A stretch of 64,000 nucleotides of DNA from Podarcis cretensis (lineage: Eukaryota). The stretch is from NCBI GenBank assembly GCA_951804945.1, contig OX638157.1:50530001-50594000 (forward strand), read 5' to 3'. A program made the translations under genes and the position numbers. Of this stretch, positions 61,737 to 64,000 are shown piece after piece. The notes beneath the pieces are model-generated. The model was given only the letters and a program-made list of their open reading frames with translations. It did no database searches and had not been told where the DNA came from. Position 1 is the first letter of the stretch. Every line of letters starts with the position of its first letter.

Positions 61737-62081
61737 AGGTAAAGGGTAAAGGGACCCCTGACCATTAGGTCCAGTCGTGGCTGACTCTGGGATTACGGCA
61801 CTCATCTCGCTTTACTGGTCGAGGGAGCCAGCGTACAGCTTCCGGGTCATGACTAAGCCGCTTCTGGCGAACCAGAGCAGCGCATGGAAATACCGTTTGC
61901 CTCCCGCCGGAGCGGTACCTATTTATCTACTTGCACTTTTGATGTGCTTTCGAACTGCTAGGTTGGAAGGAGCAGAGACCGAGCAATGGGAGTTCACCCC
62001 ATCGCAGGGATTCAAACCGCCGACCTTCTGATCAGCAAGTCCTAGGCTCTGTGGTTTAACCCACAGCGCCACCCACGTCCC
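61737..62081 (-). mobile_element. Sauria (Squam1) SINE
   Basis: TSD ATGTGTGGGATAA (61724-61736, 62084-62096); head and tail intact. Confidence 0.95.
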
Positions 62082-62859
62082 ATATGTGTGGGATAACTAG
62101 CCTCATATAACCAACATGCTTAAGACTAATCAATGCATTAAGACATTAAAATGATAGAGTAACCTGCCCTGCCAGGCTTAGCGTACTTTGGGAGGAAATG
62201 GATAATCAAGCCTGTTGTTCCCCTTGCCAATTTGCCTGAGAAGCTCAAGGTGTGAGGAGGTATGAGCTCCAGTTCAGACCTCGTGGCTTTCATGAGCCAC
62301 TCATATACAAATAATTTATAAACTTTCACCACTTTGGAACTAAACCATGTTTTACTGCCTATGCAATTTTTTTGATTGCTGTATGGAAAAGCACATAAAA
62401 CTGATCTTTTTAAAGTTTGTAAGTAAGCCATTTTTCACGTACCAAACATGTGGTCTTTTTCTGTGGTAGGGGAAGAAGGAAGTTTGAGAGCTCACAAGGG
62501 CTTATTTTAAGGGTCTAACTGCCTATATTTCCATGTTTTACTTTTGTGATTTTAAATCTTTGCTAGGGTTCTTTCCACAAAGAGTACTTACTTGCCTCAA
62601 ACTTGGATCCTAGCATCAAATCCAGGGAATTCTCCTTTTATACTTATTTTTCCCTTGCCACCAACAGCATGTTAGTAGGAGAAGTAACCATGTATGTTGC
62701 CCAGATCATCAGGGCATCCCCCAGATGTTTGCCAGCACAGTGAGAGAAGCAACCTTGTAGAATCAGCTTTAATATCTGGATTGTATAAGAATTTGTCCTT
62801 GATCTTTTTTAATATGGGGAGGAGCCTGGGTCTCCCTGTGCAGGACCTGTTGTAGTTAG

Positions 62860-63800
62860 TACTGCAACTGAAGGTGGCACAACTGAATCCCACTGACATT
62901 ATCTGGGCTTCTGATACCGTAATGGATTTAGGAGCACAATTGCCATTCCGCAGAAATTCTGTACCTGCTCCTTCAGAAGGAATGAAATCCCATCCAGAGC
63001 TGATTTTAAAAAACCAATTCATGGTGCTGGGAACTATCCATCCATTCATCCATAGGGTCTCTGTCTTGCTAGAATTAATTTGTAGTCATCCAGTTGGTAG
63101 CCCTCATTCAGCCCATGACTTGTGTCCAGGCACTGGATTAGGATATGAGCAGCTTGTCCTGATCCACATGTCACAGAGAAATAGAGCTAGTTAAGATCAG
63201 CATAGTAGTGACACCTTGCCCAGCATGTTCTAGCAGCTTCATATAAATATTAAATAGCAATGAGAATAAAATTGTGCACCGTGGCATTCCACAGATAAGC
63301 TTCCAGAGGACTGAGACATGGGTATTCAATACAGCTCTCTGGAACTGACCCTTTAAGTAGGAATGGAACTGTAAAACTGTGTCTACATCTCATAGAGATG
63401 GTCCAGGAAGGCACCATGGTCAACACTATCAAAGTTTTCTCAGAGATTCAGTAGAGTCAGCAGGTGAACACCCTCACTGTTCCTCTCCTGAAGGTTATCC
63501 TTCAGGGTAGCCAAGGAAATTCGTTCCCAAGTTTGATCTGTATCTAGACTGGAATAGATTAAGATATAAACATATTGGGGACAGAGGTAGAGTCTTCTCC
63601 ATTGTGGCACCCTGAACGCTGGAATTTGTTCCTTGCAGAGATGTAGTTGTCACTCTAATTGGCAGCTTTTTGCCACCAACCTTTCCTTCAGGCCTTTGGC
63701 AGTTGAACATTATTTGGAATGTAACAGTTGATATGGTGTTGCTACTTCAATGATATCATGTATGACTGTAATTTGCTATTGTCCATGCATTAATACAGAG
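62860..63800 (-). mobile_element. decayed L2-clade LINE ORF2 fragment
   Basis: minus-strand remnants FQS.YR...GT, LLTLLNL...FDSVDHG, G.P...ILFSLLFNIYMK, CHYYAD, N.SKTE, LKEQV, EAQI. Confidence 0.82.
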
Positions 63801-64000
63801 AAGTGTATGTCCATAGAGGTGTTCTGGGGTAGGTGATGTAGGTTTAGTGTGATGATCTGACCAGGTTAAGTAATAACTACAGAAATCTTCTAGGAAGAAG
63901 TCAAGCTTGCCGCATGTTCAACTAAGAATGAAGATTTCTGCCATCCTCTCTGGAATCTGATATATTTCCTGTACATAACACCTATGGAACCACATGGTTT

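Noticed and set aside
62672-63194. 125-aa and 106-aa ORFs near the right end
   Set aside because: Out-of-frame or antisense readings of the decayed L2 fragment.
63849-63960. GTGATGA...CTGA, possible C/D-box snoRNA
   Set aside because: No convincing terminal stem or recognisable rRNA guide; adjacent to a LINE remnant.

Overview
Vertebrate nuclear DNA, almost certainly from a lacertid-type lizard. It carries Sauria/Squam1 SINEs, Squam3 CORE SINEs, Tigger/pogo-type TA-target MITEs, hAT MITEs and decayed CR1/L2 LINEs. I recognise no protein-coding gene: the ORF track is mostly chance ORFs plus LINE remnants. A large native-looking CpG island (~37.0-38.8 kb) looks like a bidirectional promoter. 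A chain of well-formed minus-strand exons runs leftward from it through a repeat-poor, enhancer-like region, and a long non-coding first exon runs rightward. Top finding: the second CpG island (~58.9-59.5 kb) does not appear to be native to this site. It lies inside a 3,948-bp segment (55596-59543) bounded by hAT terminal inverted repeats (16/17 match) and a perfect 8-bp target-site duplication (TGAATGAC). This suggests a Pack-MULE-like 'Pack-hAT' that captured about 3.7 kb of host DNA, including a housekeeping-type promoter and a probable first exon. Two other hAT elements in the window also carry promoter-type motifs. A 1.7-kb ORF-less, L1-mobilised element with a 17-bp TSD supplies a third, mobile CpG-rich promoter. 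Repeat family names come from recall of consensus features, not from a database search.
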